Source of the DNA: Octopus vulgaris
Taxonomy: Eukaryota
Length of the DNA stretch: 64,000 nucleotides
NCBI GenBank assembly: GCA_951406725.2
Contig: OX597830.1
Span: forward strand, 6,572,001-6,636,000
Reading direction: 5' to 3'
The notes beneath the pieces were generated by a model. The model made no database searches and was not told the origin of the DNA. It saw only the letters and a list, made by a program, of their open reading frames with translations. The translations under genes and the position numbers were made by a program. Positions 12,631-27,463 of this stretch are shown one piece after another; position 1 is the stretch's first letter; each line of letters begins with the position of its first letter.

Positions 12631-13525
12631 TAGGTGTGTAGGTAGGTAGATAAATAGACAGAGACAGAGGCAGAGAATTATATATGCGTGGAGAGAATAT
12701 ATAACATGATATATAGGAAATTCGTTCACTTAATCAATTCTACTGCATATATGAATGTGTGCATATATACAAACATGTATTCATATATACATACATACAT
12801 ACACAAATACATATATATATATATAAGTATATATATATATGTTTTATATATATATATAAATATGTTTGTGCATGTGTATATATATACATATGTATCTGTA
12901 TTCGTATACATACATATATCTATATATATATATGTTATATTTCTATATGTATATAGACATACACGTGTATATATATATATATGTGTGTGTGTGTATATGT
13001 ATGTATATATGTACAGGGGGTGGGAGCGTCAAAGAAAGAAAGGAAGCAATACACAACAACGAAAGCTGTGTGTTGTTTTCGGTGTAGTTTGTAATGGCAA
13101 ATATTTTATTACTTCAATAATATGACAATGACAAATTTGAAAATAGGGAAAAACATAGGAAGCAAAAAGAAAAAAAAAACACATTTATCTTTTAAACATT
13201 CACGATACACAACATTGGAAATATTGTATTACGTACACACAGACACACATAGACATACAGATGCGTACGATTACTGTGACACAAACTTATACATGTTGGT
13301 GGATATATATACTTGCACGTATGTGCGCCTGTATGCACGTAATCTGTATGTATGTATGTATGTTTGCATGTATGTATATATGTATATATATATACGTACG
13401 TATGAATGTATATATGTGTGTGTGTATATATGTACATGTATATGTATATATATCTATATACATACATTTGTATATATGTGTGTGTATGTATATAGATATG
13501 TATGTATGCATATATATATATATAT

Positions 13526-13579
<54 letters not shown>

Positions 13580-14082
13580 GTGTGTGTGTGTGTGTGTATA
13601 TATATATACATATATACATATATATATATGTACATACATGCGTGTGTGATTGTGATTGTGTGCGTGTGATTCCTTAAAAAACATCACTGAAAACATTAAA
13701 AAAACATTATCATCTGAATAAGACAACCAACAAAGGATTTGTTACATTGCCGCCATAGAAGAAGTAACTGTATAAATGTCACAATGATGAATTTTGATAG
13801 GGAACAAGTTGTCACACTATACTAATTTCTCATTCCAGTATCCAGAGACTGCTTGCATTGCGTATGCATTAGTTTCTTGGGCATTTGTTTATAGGCTATT
13901 TCCTCCTCTGATTTCTTCTGCTTCTATGATTTTTTTTGTGGAAATACATACATAGATGTGGCTTTCATTTTGTGTATGTATGGATGTGAGTGCGTATATG
14001 TATTGTTATGGTGAGTTCATATCCCTGTATTTTAGTTATTTCTTTGTACATAAAGTGTTTCAAATAGTAAATATATGTGTGC

Positions 14083-14368
14083 ATATGACTCACTGGTTAG
14101 ATCTTAGCTCTGAAACTCATGAGGTAGAGGTTTTTATTCCTGCACCGGGCTGTGTTGCGTTCTTGAGCAAAACGCTTACTTTTCACGTTGGTCAAGTTCA
14201 TTCAGATGTTGAAATGAGATGCAACGTCACTGGTGCCAAGCTATACTGGCCTTTGCCTTTCCTTTGGGGAACATCGGTGGTGTGGAGGAAAGAGGAAGCT
14301 GGTATGCTGGTCTTCCAAAAACAACCGTGACCGGACTTACGCCTTCGAGGGGAAACTTCTAGGCGCAT
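14083..14368 (+). mobile_element. tRNA-derived SINE family C
   Basis: Decayed A/B boxes followed by a gttcttgagcaaaac core; related minus-strand head at 56690-56778. Confidence 0.6.
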
Positions 14369-14371
14369 ACA

Positions 14372-14408
<37 letters not shown>

Positions 14409-14590
14409 CGGAAGCTTATATATATATATATATATATATATATAGATGAGTGTATTTTTACCTTGTTAACAATAAACACGGCAAAAATAAATAGTGTCAG
14501 TGGAATTTTCGAAACATGTGTCGAAAGTAAAAATATTTGATTTACACCTGCGTTGAACTCCATTTATTTATATATTCATATATATATATA

Positions 14591-14975
14591 CTCTTTTTTT
14601 ACTCTTTTTACTTGTTTCAGTCACTTGACTGCAGCTATGTTGGAGCACGACCTTAAGTCGAACAAATCGACCCCAGGACTTATTCTTTGTAAGTCTGGTA
14701 CTTAATTTTGTCCGTTTCTTTTTGACGAACAGCTAAGTTAAGCACGCCAGCATCGGTTGTCAAGTGATGGTGATGGTCGGAAAATACAGACACACAAACG
14801 TATACATATATATATATAAAGGACGGGTTACTTTCCGTTTCCGTCTGCCAAATCCACTCAAAAGGCATTGGTCGACTCGAGGCTATAATAGAAGACACTT
14901 GCTCAAAGTGCCACGCAATGAGGCTGAACTTGGGATCATGTGATTGGGAAGGAAGCTTCTTGCCACACACCCACG
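14591..14975 (-). mobile_element. SINE family A
   Basis: Reverse complement of 10288-10710. Confidence 0.88.
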
Positions 14976-14993
14976 CTTGCAGAAATGTGTGAC

Positions 14994-15154
14994 TGTATGT
15001 ATGAGTGTATGTATGTATGTATGTATGTGTGTATGTATGCATGTATCTATGTATGCATGTATGTATTTATGTATGTATTTATGTATTTATGTATGCATGT
15101 ATGTATAATGTATGTATGCATGTATGTATGTATGCATGTATGTATGTATGTATG

Positions 15155-15185
<31 letters not shown>

Positions 15186-16215
15186 GTATGTATGTATGCA
15201 TGTATGTATGTAGTATGTATGTATGTATTTATGTATGTATGCATGTATGTATGTATGTATGTATGTATGTATGTATTTATCTATGTAAGTATGTATGTAT
15301 GTATGTATGTATGTAAGTATGTATGTATGTATGCATGTATGTATGTATGTATGTATGTATGTATGTATGTATGTATGTATTTATGTATGTATGTATGTAT
15401 TTATGTATGTATGTATGTATGTATGTATGTATGTATGTATGTATGTATGTATGTATGTATGTATGTATTTATGTATGTATCTATGTATGTAATGTATGTA
15501 TGTATGTATTTATGTATGTATGATGCATGTATGTATGTATGTATGTATGTGTATTTATGTATGTATTTATGTATGTATGTATGTATGTATGTATGTATGT
15601 GTGTATGTATGTATGTATGTATGTATGTATGTATGCATGCATGTATGTATGTATGTATGTATGTAAGTATGTATGTATGTAAGTATGTATGTATGTATGT
15701 ATGTATGTAAGTATGTATGTATGTATGTATTTATGTATGCATGTATGTACAATGTATGTATGTGTGCATGTATGTATGTATGCATGTATATATGTATGTG
15801 TGTATGTATGTATGTATGTATGTATGTATGTATTTATGCATGTATGTATGTAAGTATGTATGTATGTATGTATGTATGTAAGTATGTATGTATGTATGTA
15901 TTTATGTATGCATGTATGTATAATGTATGTATGTGTGCATGTATGTATGTATGTAAGTATGTATGTATGTATGTATGTATGTATGTACGTATGTAAGTAT
16001 CTATGTATGTAAGTATTTATGTATGCATGCATGTATGCATGTATGTATGTATGTATATAAGTATGTATGCATGTATGTATGTATGTATGTATGTATGTAT
16101 GTATGTATATATGTATGTATGTATGTATGTATTTATATATGCACGTATGTACAATGTATGTATGTATGTATGCATATATGTATGTATGTATGCGTGTGTG
16201 TATGTATGTATATGT
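14994..16215. repeat. ~1.2-kb degenerate (TATG)n array
   Basis: TATG units with recurring TAAG, TATT and CATG variants. Confidence 0.97.
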
Positions 16216-16227
16216 ATCTTTTATGTT

Positions 16228-16625
16228 TTTTCGTGTTTCAGTCATCCGACTGCGGCCATGCTAGAGCACTACCTTAATGAGCTTTTAGTCGACTGAATCG
16301 ATCCCAGTACATTTTTAGGCCCGGTAAATATTCTGTTCCCTGTGTTTTGACGAACCGCTAAGTTAGGGGACGTAAGCAAACCAAAACCAGTTGTCAAGCG
16401 ATATTGTGGGCAACACACACACACATACTCATACACATGCATACACACACATATATATATGTGTGTGTGTATATATGCATATATATATATAAATGCGACA
16501 GGAAGATTCTCTGTTTTTGTTGGCCCGGGTTATAGTAGAATACACTAGCCCCAGCTACTCCACAGTGGGACTGAACGCAGAACGATGTTGTTGGGAAGCA
16601 AGTTTCTTAGCAAACAGCCACGCTT
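16228..16625 (-). mobile_element. SINE family A (diverged)
   Basis: gtttcagtcatccgactgcggccatg...gtgggactgaac. Confidence 0.82.
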
Positions 16626-16849
16626 ATCTATGTGTAATTTTTGTTTATTTCTTGTACGTGAATGAGGTTCGGAGATTTACGTATGCATATAACTATAAGT
16701 ATATCTATCATTCGTATATATGATATAGTTATTTATTTGTATATATACACATATACATGTATCCACATATACATATCTCATCGGTTATGTTTGTGGTTTC
16801 AATTTTCTTCAATATGGAGAATTTCGTTTGTATTTTGACCAAATAGTTT

Positions 16850-17600
16850 CCAAATATTTTTTCATGCTTTCAACTTGGAATAAATCCGTTCATTTGCTTC
16901 TAAACGAACTAAATAAATGAAAGCAATCTAAATAAGGAGGTCTTCTCCAAATGTCTTTACTATTTTAGCTGAAGACAGGTTACCTATCTTCTTCGGTATA
17001 TTTATATGATTTTCTAGTTTACAAATTTTATATAAACATCTGATGCGCAACTACGTAGACCTCCATGTTCATGACATGTAGACAGCCATTTTCATGTGGA
17101 AATAGAAGAGCTTGTCTCATTGTATGATTTGTTCTTCTTGTCAATCCGAACAGACACGATCCAGATTATTGTAACCAGATCTTAGACATGTGACATGTCT
17201 GCTACATACTTATATAAATTCTTCTCACTTTTCATGTCAAGGATGTCAGCATAATATCTACTAAGCACAAATGAGGTTTCGTTGTAGCCGCTAATTTATT
17301 CTAACTTTTCTTAGCAAGGAATCTAAAAACGATGTAGTTGATAGTTCCATTTTGATGATTATATAATTGGTGTTTGATGATTGTCTTTCGTCATAGGTAT
17401 CTGATTCTTCAGATCAAACAAATTTCAAAGACACTGGTGGTAGTATACCTCGGCAAGATTCGCATTATTTAGAGAAAGTGACAGAATATTCAAGCTTCTG
17501 TTAGGAGATTGCGATGTTTCGAATAGAAAACACTCTTCAGCCTCCATATGAAAAGGTAGAACAATATTGCCTTACATTCTGCAAAATTAGGAGACCGGCT
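16850..17600 (-). mobile_element. Possible highly decayed piggyBac-like transposase relic
   Basis: Fragmentary motifs in the expected order (CES..G, xIDKK, N-M-x-V-x-x-x-x-x-Q reminiscent of YNxxMGGVDxxDQ); weak. Confidence 0.25.
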
Positions 17601-18438
17601 GTAACTGATGGAGAACACAAAACATCGCGACAGTTCACACACAGATACGAAGTACTAAGAATATGAAAGCAGCAGGGAGAAGAAGAGGGGGTTGTTTAAA
17701 ACTGCACTGTACAGTTAAAACCAGATACTGTATTTCTGATATCCTCCAGAATCTCTTATTCACTGTTGGCATTCACACTGTTCTAATTTCATTTCTTGAG
17801 TTCTGAAAGTTATTGGCGACGTTTTTTGTTTATCATTTTTACTCATGTCATTTATTCCCTTCTATTATTGTTAACCGTATTTTCTCTGATTCTGTCCTTA
17901 TGAAATACGTTTACTTCAGAGTGTTTAAATCTTTCTTTGTGTTTTATTGTTTCTTTATAAACGAAGAAAAGAAAACGTGTTTGTTTCATCATATTCATTT
18001 GTTTCACAAATCAATATACAATTTTGTTTCTAAAGAACACCAAATAGAAGTCGTTTTCTACAAGCACAAAGACTTGGGTGCATTTCGGAGGAGAAACCTA
18101 TTGAAGATTAACTCAAATTTTCCGTTTGATCATTGCCTGAACCAACTATCGATATTTTCCCGACATCGTTATCTACCTTCAGATGTAAAATATTGATGCC
18201 TGTTTGTGTCATGTTCCAGATGTAACATTTACAAATGGCGGCAACATTGACACATCAAGGAGCGTCTATGTGGCCGATCGACCTGCTAGGTCAAAATAGC
18301 CGATCGATTAGAGCTAAAGCATTAGCGATTTCTGGGGAAACAATGTATATTATCAGAGAAATTCCATGAACCAGTGACATTTTGCAAGTGAACTGTATTA
18401 GAGTTTACAATAAGTTAATCTTACATCCAAGAATGTAC

Positions 18439-18578
<140 letters not shown>

Positions 18579-18897
18579 CATAAATAAATATATCAATATG
18601 TATATATGTATGTATATATATATATATACATATATACATGTAGATGTACGCATATGTATATGCGTACATATGGGTATATACGTATACACACTCACACGCA
18701 TACACATGCACGTATATTGGTACGCTTGGGATAGAGTAAAATATCTTATTGCACAATTACTTCGTTCTTGGTATATATATTACGAAAATTTTATTTAATT
18801 CATCGTCTTAATATTTTACTATTCAGTTTTCATAATTGCCTTCTCCCTCTTCCTCTACACCACCAAATCTTTCTTGGAATATATACATACATATATA

Positions 18898-18933
<36 letters not shown>

Positions 18934-19017
18934 TTATATATATATATATATATATATATGACTGAAGATAGGTTTATCCTGTCCGTGTTTATATATTATA
19001 CGTTCTTGTCCATGTTG

Positions 19018-19118
<101 letters not shown>

Positions 19119-19294
19119 TATATACGACGATGCGATATCAGCATTGAACATAAATCTATGAAGTAATAGATAATAATAATGATAGTAGTAGTAGTACGAC
19201 TACTAATACTTCTATTACTAACTATTATTATCATTAAAATCATTATTATTACTATTATTATTATTATGGCAACGACAGCAAAACTAGTAATAAT

Positions 19295-19328
<34 letters not shown>

Positions 19329-19336
19329 TATGATAT

Positions 19337-19367
<31 letters not shown>

Positions 19368-19408
19368 AAAATGATGCTAACAACAACAACAACAACAACA
19401 ATAATAAC

Positions 19409-19455
<47 letters not shown>

Positions 19456-20194
19456 CAATAATAATAATGTTTTCTGAAGACAAGAGTAGTAAATCAAAAT
19501 ATATTTGAGTAATTGTTTTGCAAAGAAGAAAATGAAAATTCTAAACAAACAAAAATAGAAACTAAAAAGATATTTATGGGTGAAAAGTTATGAAGAATGT
19601 GAGAAGTTCACTGGGTTAAGGAAATAATCAATATATGAACATTGCCTCTGTGTGTGTGTGTTTGTGTGTGTGTCCGTGTGTCCGTGCGCATGCGGGCATG
19701 TACAGGCATGTGCGCTGTGTTTGACACACTCATAGAAACAAACGGAATATATGTTACGCAATATGAAACACGAATACGTCACTATATATGTTTATGATGT
19801 GTGTGTGTATGTGTGCGTGTGTGTGTGTGTCTGTGTGTGTGCCTGTGTAAATATGTACGTGGAGTTTATGAAAGGTGTTGAACCGCAAAACAACAAACGT
19901 GGTACAAGACTTCTGATAAAGGTACAAGTCTTCAAAGCTCAAATGCATTGAAGGCTCAAACCTTTATACACCCCTGGTATGTATATATGAGTGTGAGTAG
20001 GTATATGTATACAAATTGTTATATATATTATATAATAATTAAATATTGTATATATATATATATATATATATAAACGGACGATTGTATATATATACATATA
20101 TATAATATAACATTATACACATTCTATTATATACATGTTAAATATAGATATGCATGTGTGTGTGTGTGTCTGTCTTTCTGTCTGTCTCTCTCTG

Positions 20195-20232
<38 letters not shown>

Positions 20233-20274
20233 CGCACATATACAGATATATGTATATATATTTATATTATCGTG

Positions 20275-20338
<64 letters not shown>

Positions 20339-20350
20339 GATACACTTATG

Positions 20351-20382
<32 letters not shown>

Positions 20383-20405
20383 CATATGATTATAATTATA
20401 TAATA

Positions 20406-20452
20406 TCTCTCTATATATAAAAGGCAGTTTGTCTGTCTGTGTGTACCCTGAC
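20406..20452 (+). mobile_element. Helitron 5' end fragment
   Basis: a|tctctctatatataaaaggcagtttgtctgtctg matches the 5' end of 44100-45216. Confidence 0.7.
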
Positions 20453-20457
20453 ATATA

Positions 20458-20521
<64 letters not shown>

Positions 20522-21313
20522 AAGCATTCAAATGTCGTTTCTGTTTCTCTCTTTTGATCGTAGGGGTAATTTTGATTCATGAAACGCGAAACTATTAGTA
20601 TGAACATTAAAAACTCTAAAGAATTTACTTTGGGGTTGATAAAATTAAGCAGAGTCTAATGCGAGGTTTTGGCAGAAGTGTTAGATTGTTCAACAAAATA
20701 CCTGCTGATATTATTATCCTGCTCTTTACGTTCAAAATTTCGCCAAGATGGCACTGATGTTAATGTCTATCAGCCATCGCCTCTTTCTTGCACGCCGAGT
20801 GCAACTGAAAGTCTTCTCTTCAAAATTGACTTTGCATCGGAAAATTCAAGGTGCAGATAAATGTTAGTCTTTAACTCTAAGAGGCCGTAAATATTGGTGA
20901 AATACAGAAAAGTTGTCAAGAGATCGAGTGACGCGTATACCAGAAGGAGCCTGATGGAGAGCCGATCGTTGGAGATTGTTGTACTAATGGTAGATGGGAC
21001 ACATGGGAGAGACAGAGAGTATTGGAGGAAGATGATGAGGGAAACCTCACCAATCCTCCAAACATCTTTATGTTAGGTAAGATCTTATCTAAAAGATTTT
21101 GGGTAGATTTTGACACTAGCAGTAGACATTTCCGTCCGATAAAAGATATTCGTTGTGGGTTTCTTTGAAATTTGTACAGGTTCAGTTTAACAAATATTTA
21201 AATTTCAAATATTCGGTGGCTCTGAAAGTTCTAGTTAGTCTCTTGATGTGGGTTTTTCTATGGACAGGTGAGAGATCAGCAGAAATAACCATCAATAATT
21301 ATAGTCTTGTTAC

Positions 21314-21525
21314 GGTGACGAGCTTAGCAGAATTGTTTACACTCTTGGATAAAAAAACGGCGTCTCATCTCTCTTTACGTTCTGAGTTCAAATTCCGCAG
21401 AGATCGACTTTACTTTCATCCTTTCGGAGGTCGATAAAATAAGTAATAGATAAGCACTGGGTTCCATGTAATCAAATTATCCCCTTCTTCGAAATTACTG
21501 GCTTAATACCAAAATTAGAAACCAA
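21314..21525 (+). mobile_element. SINE family B
   Basis: ggtgacgagcttagcagaat...ttctgagttcaaattcc...aaaattagaaacc. Confidence 0.82.
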
Positions 21526-22021
21526 TACTTTTATGGTGTTACATCTGTAACGATTTTAAGGTTCCAGTTACGTTCTGTCGAGAAACTTAAACAAGATAAA
21601 GCATGAGATGGTTCCCTTGCAATGGGCGACAGTCAACATTGACCTTCATATTGTAAATATATGAAGTGAGATTAACAAAGTCGGCAGATGACGTGTTAAG
21701 AAGAATTCCCATTCTAATAATAACCCTTGTATTAGAATCTTAGATATTTCTAGGTATAAAAAAATAAAACAACACTAAAACAATCTGGTCCTCACTTCGT
21801 TCATACGATTTTTGTTTGTTTGTCTATTTTTTGTTTTATTATTTTGTTTTGATGATGGTTTGTGTTGCTGTTTTGTGTTACAGTTTCACAGCTCATTCAA
21901 TTTTAGAATACGTTGTTAGTATTAACCTTATTAACTTAATCCATCTTTACATATCTTCACTTAAAATGTTCTTTCTATAGAATTTGAGTGCAAACTTTTC
22001 TTTGCGGATTAAACTCATCAC

Positions 22022-22065
<44 letters not shown>

Positions 22066-22187
22066 TCACACACATACATCTATCCATATATACATATCTA
22101 TGTAAGTGTTTATATAAATGCGTGTGTGTGTATATGCATTTATGTAAGTACATCCATGTATATATTTGTATATATGTGTATATACGT

Positions 22188-22249
<62 letters not shown>

Positions 22250-22629
22250 ATATTTGTACTTGAGTATTTGTAATGGGTTTAATCTTTGTATAGTGGAGTA
22301 GGGATAGGAAATAGAAGTGAGGGAGTACTTTCAAAGACAAATATTCAGGGACAATAAATTTTAGACAGATAATTAGGAAGCGAGACTCTTATCGTCTTAT
22401 AACTGTGTCTGGTCAATGTATCTTGTGTTGAAAACTAAATTTATTACATTTTACAACTTTATTCGTTTGAAATTCGTAACCCTAAATACAACCAAAGTGG
22501 CCCAACTTCCTGTTCCGGCCTAGGTAGGGAATCAACAGCAGAACAATTTCCCCTCAAATCAGAAATCGGACAACATATTACAGCATAATATAGACCTTGT
22601 TACACATTGTTAGAAAAAAATGTCGATAT

Positions 22630-22790
22630 AGGCACAGACGTGGCTGTATGGTTCCTACCCAAACACCTGATTCCAGGTCCAGTCCAACTGCAGGGTACCT
22701 TGCGCAAATGATTTCTGCAATAGACTAGGGTCGACCAAAACCTTGTGAGGTGATTTGGTTGACGGAAACTGAAGGCCCATTGTGTACATA
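22630..22790 (+). mobile_element. SINE family A, 5' half
   Basis: aggcacagacgtggctgtatgg...gacggaaactgaag. Confidence 0.75.
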
Positions 22791-22804
22791 GACATATAAT
22801 AGAC

Positions 22805-22838
<34 letters not shown>

Positions 22839-22843
<5 letters not shown>

Positions 22844-23106
22844 TTTTTATATAAGCTTAAAGCTTATGGCGATCACCGTGCAATGTCTATGGAAAATAGT
22901 CTAATAAAGGGGCATATAAGCCCTAGATAGAAAAGCCTTCTTTTTTTCTGTCGAGGGCTTATATGCCCTTTTATTAGACTATTTTCTTTAGTCTTTGCAA
23001 GGTGATAGCCATAAGCTTTAAGCTTATATAAAAATACTATTATTATTACTATTTACAAGATTGTAAAAACGGCGCCATAATAAAAAAAAACCCATTGGCA
23101 CCGAAA
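22839..23106 (+). mobile_element. Fold-back element in (TA)n; arms ~22839-22935 and ~22945-23040, tail to 23106
   Basis: About 95-bp inverted arms with a very short loop. Confidence 0.85.
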
Positions 23107-23114
23107 TATATATA

Positions 23115-23487
23115 TTCTTTTACTTGTTTCAGTCATTTGACCGCGGCCATGCTGAAGCACTGCCTTTAGTCGAACAAACCGCCCCCAAGACTTATTCTTT
23201 GTAATTCTAGTACTTATTCCATCGGTTCTTTTGACGAACTGCTAAGTTACGGGGCCATAAACACACCAGCATCGGTTATCAAGCGACGATGGGGAAAACA
23301 CATTTAACAAACAAATATATATATATATAAATACAGGACAGGCTTCTTTCAGTTACCGTCTACCAATTTCACTAACAAGGCTTTCATCGTCCTGAGGCTA
23401 TAGCAGAATACGCTTACCCAGGGTCCCACGTAGTGGGACTGAACCTGGAACCAGGTGGTTAGTAAGCAAGCTTCTTACTACACAGTT
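23115..23487 (-). mobile_element. SINE family A
   Basis: Reverse complement of the family consensus. Confidence 0.88.
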
Positions 23488-23850
23488 CCTATGGTAAACA
23501 ACTAAAAACAATACGGAACCAAGTAGATTTTACTTTTAATGTAGTAGTTAATTATACAGCCTAATTTGTTAGTTAAAATGACTTCCGCGCGTTTCTTCTG
23601 CACAAGTTACGGTCAGTTTCGGATGGTGTCCACAAAACTTGTGAAGTTATTTCTCCACCCAGGTCAATCAAAATATTCTACAGCCAACTTCATCTTATAG
23701 GAATTACTGAACGTATATATCCAACAGTTCAATTAACTGGCTTCATAAGTACACCGGGGCAGATAACCAGCCACTTGATTCATAATAATTCTTTGCTAGT
23801 TCTCTCCAAACACTTCATGCTTATGTTCTGATTCCTCCTACACTATAAAT

Positions 23851-24165
23851 AACAATTGCAGCGTGGAAGGTGTTTATAAACCATTTAATAACATACAAAA
23901 CCGTTAGATTCACTTCAACATTTAAATTATTTAATTTGTCAAAATATTTTCGTCGTTTTGAAACCGCGGAATTTTGCCAGTGATTAGGTCGCGCTCTCAA
24001 AGCGACGAAAATATTTTGGTAAATTAAATAATTCAAATGTTGAAGTGAATCTAACGGTTTTGCGTGTTCTTAAATGGCTTATAAACCCCTTCCACGCTGC
24101 AATTGTTTTTGTTCCGGCACACGATCTCAGATCAGGCCACTTGCTATGCAATTACATCTCCGTAA
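23851..24165 (+). mobile_element. Fold-back element; arms 23851-23968 and 23990-24107, with tail
   Basis: About 118-bp arms; same family at 61789-61990. Confidence 0.85.
23973..24023 (+). ncRNA. Degenerate or variant type I hammerhead-like motif
   Basis: tttgcca-GTGATTA-g-gtcgc..gcgac-GAAA-atat-TT-tggtaaa. Confidence 0.45.
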
Positions 24166-24284
24166 TTTTATAAGTTTTCCATAAAATACGGAAATTCATG
24201 TTGAGTATCTTTCACCACATATAAAGAGGGTATCTCCTATTGCATTATTATAACCTGCAGAACATACGGCACGTATTTTCCTTT

Positions 24285-24326
<42 letters not shown>

Positions 24327-24336
<10 letters not shown>

Positions 24337-24680
24337 TAAATTAGAGACAAAACCACTATTAGGCAAATCAAACAATGAAAGACTTAAGGCAATACATAAA
24401 TTAATTTATATTATTTAAATATGTAACAATTATTAAAAAATATAATTAATAGACAGTAGCCAGGAAACGATCGTAGTGGATATTAATTATATTTTTTAAT
24501 AATTGTTACATATTTAAATAATATAAATTAATTTATGTATTGGCTTAAGTCTTTCATTGTTTGATTTGCCTAATAGTGGTTTTGTCTCTAATTTAATATA
24601 ATATAATATTATAATATTTTACTATAAAATTGGATTCAATCCTAAATCTGATTTTTCCCTGTAAGTTTGGATTTATTCCC
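24327..24680 (+). mobile_element. Fold-back element in (TA)n; arms 24327-24451 and 24481-24605, tail to 24680
   Basis: Almost perfect 125-bp arms; the loop holds a hammerhead 3' half GAAA-cgatcg-TA (24464-24475). Confidence 0.9.
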
Positions 24681-24691
24681 TATATATATAT

Positions 24692-24776
<85 letters not shown>

Positions 24777-24781
24777 TGATA

Positions 24782-24975
24782 GCCGCAGGAGTGGTTGTGT
24801 GGTAAGTTGCCTTAGCCGTAAATATATGTGTTTACGTCCACGTAACTTAGCGGAAAAAAAGACCGATAGAATAAGTACTAGGCTTATAAAGAATAAGTCC
24901 TGGGGTCGATTTGTTCGACTGCAGGCGGTGCTCCAGTATGATTGTAGTCAAATGCCTGAAAGAAATAAAAGAAGG
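24782..24975 (+). mobile_element. SINE family A with internal deletion
   Basis: Head joined directly to the 3' half. Confidence 0.8.
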
Positions 24976-25032
24976 AAAATATATATCTGCATGAATGTGT
25001 GTGTGTGTGTGTGTGTGTGTGTGTCTGTGTGT

Positions 25033-25409
25033 GGAGGTGCAATTGCCGAGTGGTTAGGGCAGCGGACTCGCGGTCATAGGATTGCGGTTTCGCTTCCCAG
25101 ACTGGGTGTTGTGGGTATTTATTGATCAAAAACACGTAAATCTCCAGGAGGCTCTGGCAGGGGGTGGTGGCGAACCTTGCTGTACTCTTTCATTACAACT
25201 TCCTTTCACTCTTTCTTTTTGTTTCTATTGTACCTGTATTTGAAAAGACCAGCCCTTTCACGCTGTGTCATGCTGAATCTCCCCCAACGACTACGTTAAG
25301 AGTACACATGTCTGTGCAGTACTCAGCCAGTTGCAAGTTAATTTCCCGAGCAGGTTCTTCCGTTCATCGGATCAACTGGAACCCTCGTCGTCGTAACCGA
25401 CGGAGTGCT
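25033..25409 (+). mobile_element. tRNA-derived SINE (additional family)
   Basis: A-box ttgccgagtggttagg and B-box-like ggtttcgcttccc, then a ~300-bp body. Confidence 0.65.
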
Positions 25410-25539
25410 TTATATATATATGTGTGTGTGTATGTGTTTAGGTGTGTGTGTATTTGTGTGTGTATGTATGTGTGTGTGTGTGTTTCATGAGTTTATGACA
25501 CCACTTTTATTTTACTCGTTCCCTCCTTGAAAGCTTTCC

Positions 25540-25760
25540 CTGCTCAAGTACAGCAGCACTTGATACAAATGCATCAGTTTACTTTAAGTCGAAGCTGGAT
25601 GTCAACTATTTCAGTTTTAATTATAGATTCTTTTACTTTCAAAATCTCTCCAGTTTAAAATAAAATAATATCTTAATCCATATCCAATAGGCTTCTTCCA
25701 ATTCAGAAACATTTGAACGAGATCTAGTTTTAATCTACTCAACTGTAGTTATCAAGTCAG
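25540..25760 (-). mobile_element. pogo/Tigger-like transposase relic (CENP-B type HTH)
   Basis: Minus strand reads RSRSNVSELEEAYWIWI, then GEILKVK. Confidence 0.4.
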
Positions 25761-26536
25761 CTTTGATCAGCTTATCATCATAGTTTAACCCACTTAAGTC
25801 ACTTACGAAGCTGCCAGGTACTCGCTGCCATCTTTCCTTTCAACTACCACAGTAAACATTGTCTTCTCAACTATCTCTGCTACATCACAAACCGCTGACG
25901 AAGGAATTCTGCTCACTAAGTAATTCGCTAATATTTTTCTTGGAATGTCTTCATATTCTAAAACCAAAACTCAAACACTAAAATAAAATAAAATAAATAA
26001 CATACAGAAATAACTTCATTCAACATTGTTTAATTGAAGTTTATTAACGTTAAACAATCAACTACAGTTTCTAAAACTGAAATATTTTACTAGTGATGTG
26101 ACAGTTTAAAAGAAACTATCTGTTACGTGTGGTGGAGAGTCCTGGAACACAGCAAAGTTTAAACTTCACTCAGTGCTACGTTCATTTCGGAATTAGTTGG
26201 TACTTCTCTGCGAGTAACACTTAACATGGGCTCTTGCTTCTCTCTTATAATGAAATTTCCCTGTGTTTACGAGAATATACAAACTTGTAAATGTATGTTG
26301 TGCGCACGCATATGTGTGCGTACGTGTGTGTGCGTGTGTGTGTGTGTATGTGTGTATCTGTGTAACTTCTAAGTTGTCTATACAAATATTCTATAGAATA
26401 CCAGTGGAGATAATCAAAGTTGATCGAATCGTACTGCTAGCACAAAAAGTTTACACACAGTTAACTTGTAAACATTTAACACATTCAGTAGTATAATGTG
26501 GTTGCTAAATCATATATCGTGTCTTTAACAGCAATT

Positions 26537-26572
<36 letters not shown>

Positions 26573-26577
26573 TACAT

Positions 26578-26680
<103 letters not shown>

Positions 26681-26914
26681 GGCATGCTTACATATATATT
26701 ACAAAGTTTGGGGATGATGTACAGGTATTTTATATTAGAAGAAATGAGGTACTCAGAAATTCGAATGGTTTTATATTTACAGATATTTATTTGTATATTT
26801 CATGTTTTTATACAGCATATAACTTATATCATATATCATATATTAGCGCTTTTGTCCATTCTGGTGGATTTTTTAACCTCATACATATATATATATATAT
26901 ATACATATATATAT

Positions 26915-26988
<74 letters not shown>

Positions 26989-27079
26989 TCTTCCCTTCCT
27001 TCCTGAACGTCCAATAATACTATATTTGTTCCACGTCCGCGCGTTGTTGTGTTTTATTTGTGTTTTCTTGTTTGGATTA

Positions 27080-27144
<65 letters not shown>

Positions 27145-27308
27145 TTATATACTTACATATAAGAAAAAGTGTACGTCCTTGTTTTCTTTGTATCGTATCG
27201 TCTATCTGGATGATTTGTTGTCCCTTTTTCTATCACCTAGTTGTCCGGATATTTTGTATTATATATATATACACCTATTTCTATATCTATCTAGCTATAT
27301 ATATATAT

Positions 27309-27425
27309 CACCGTGACGTGACGGACCAGGCTATCAGATGTTGCTACACATCGCCGGTCACAATGCGCTTCGCATTGTTTTAGCTTTCAAATGACGCCAC
27401 CCCGCTGGCTAAGCGGGCAGGCCAA
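27309..27425 (-). mobile_element. Short retroelement 3' fragment inserted in (TA)n
   Basis: GC-rich 115-bp insert resembling an RTE-type tail. Confidence 0.45.
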
Positions 27426-27463
27426 TATATATATATATAGATATATATATTTGTCTGTACATA

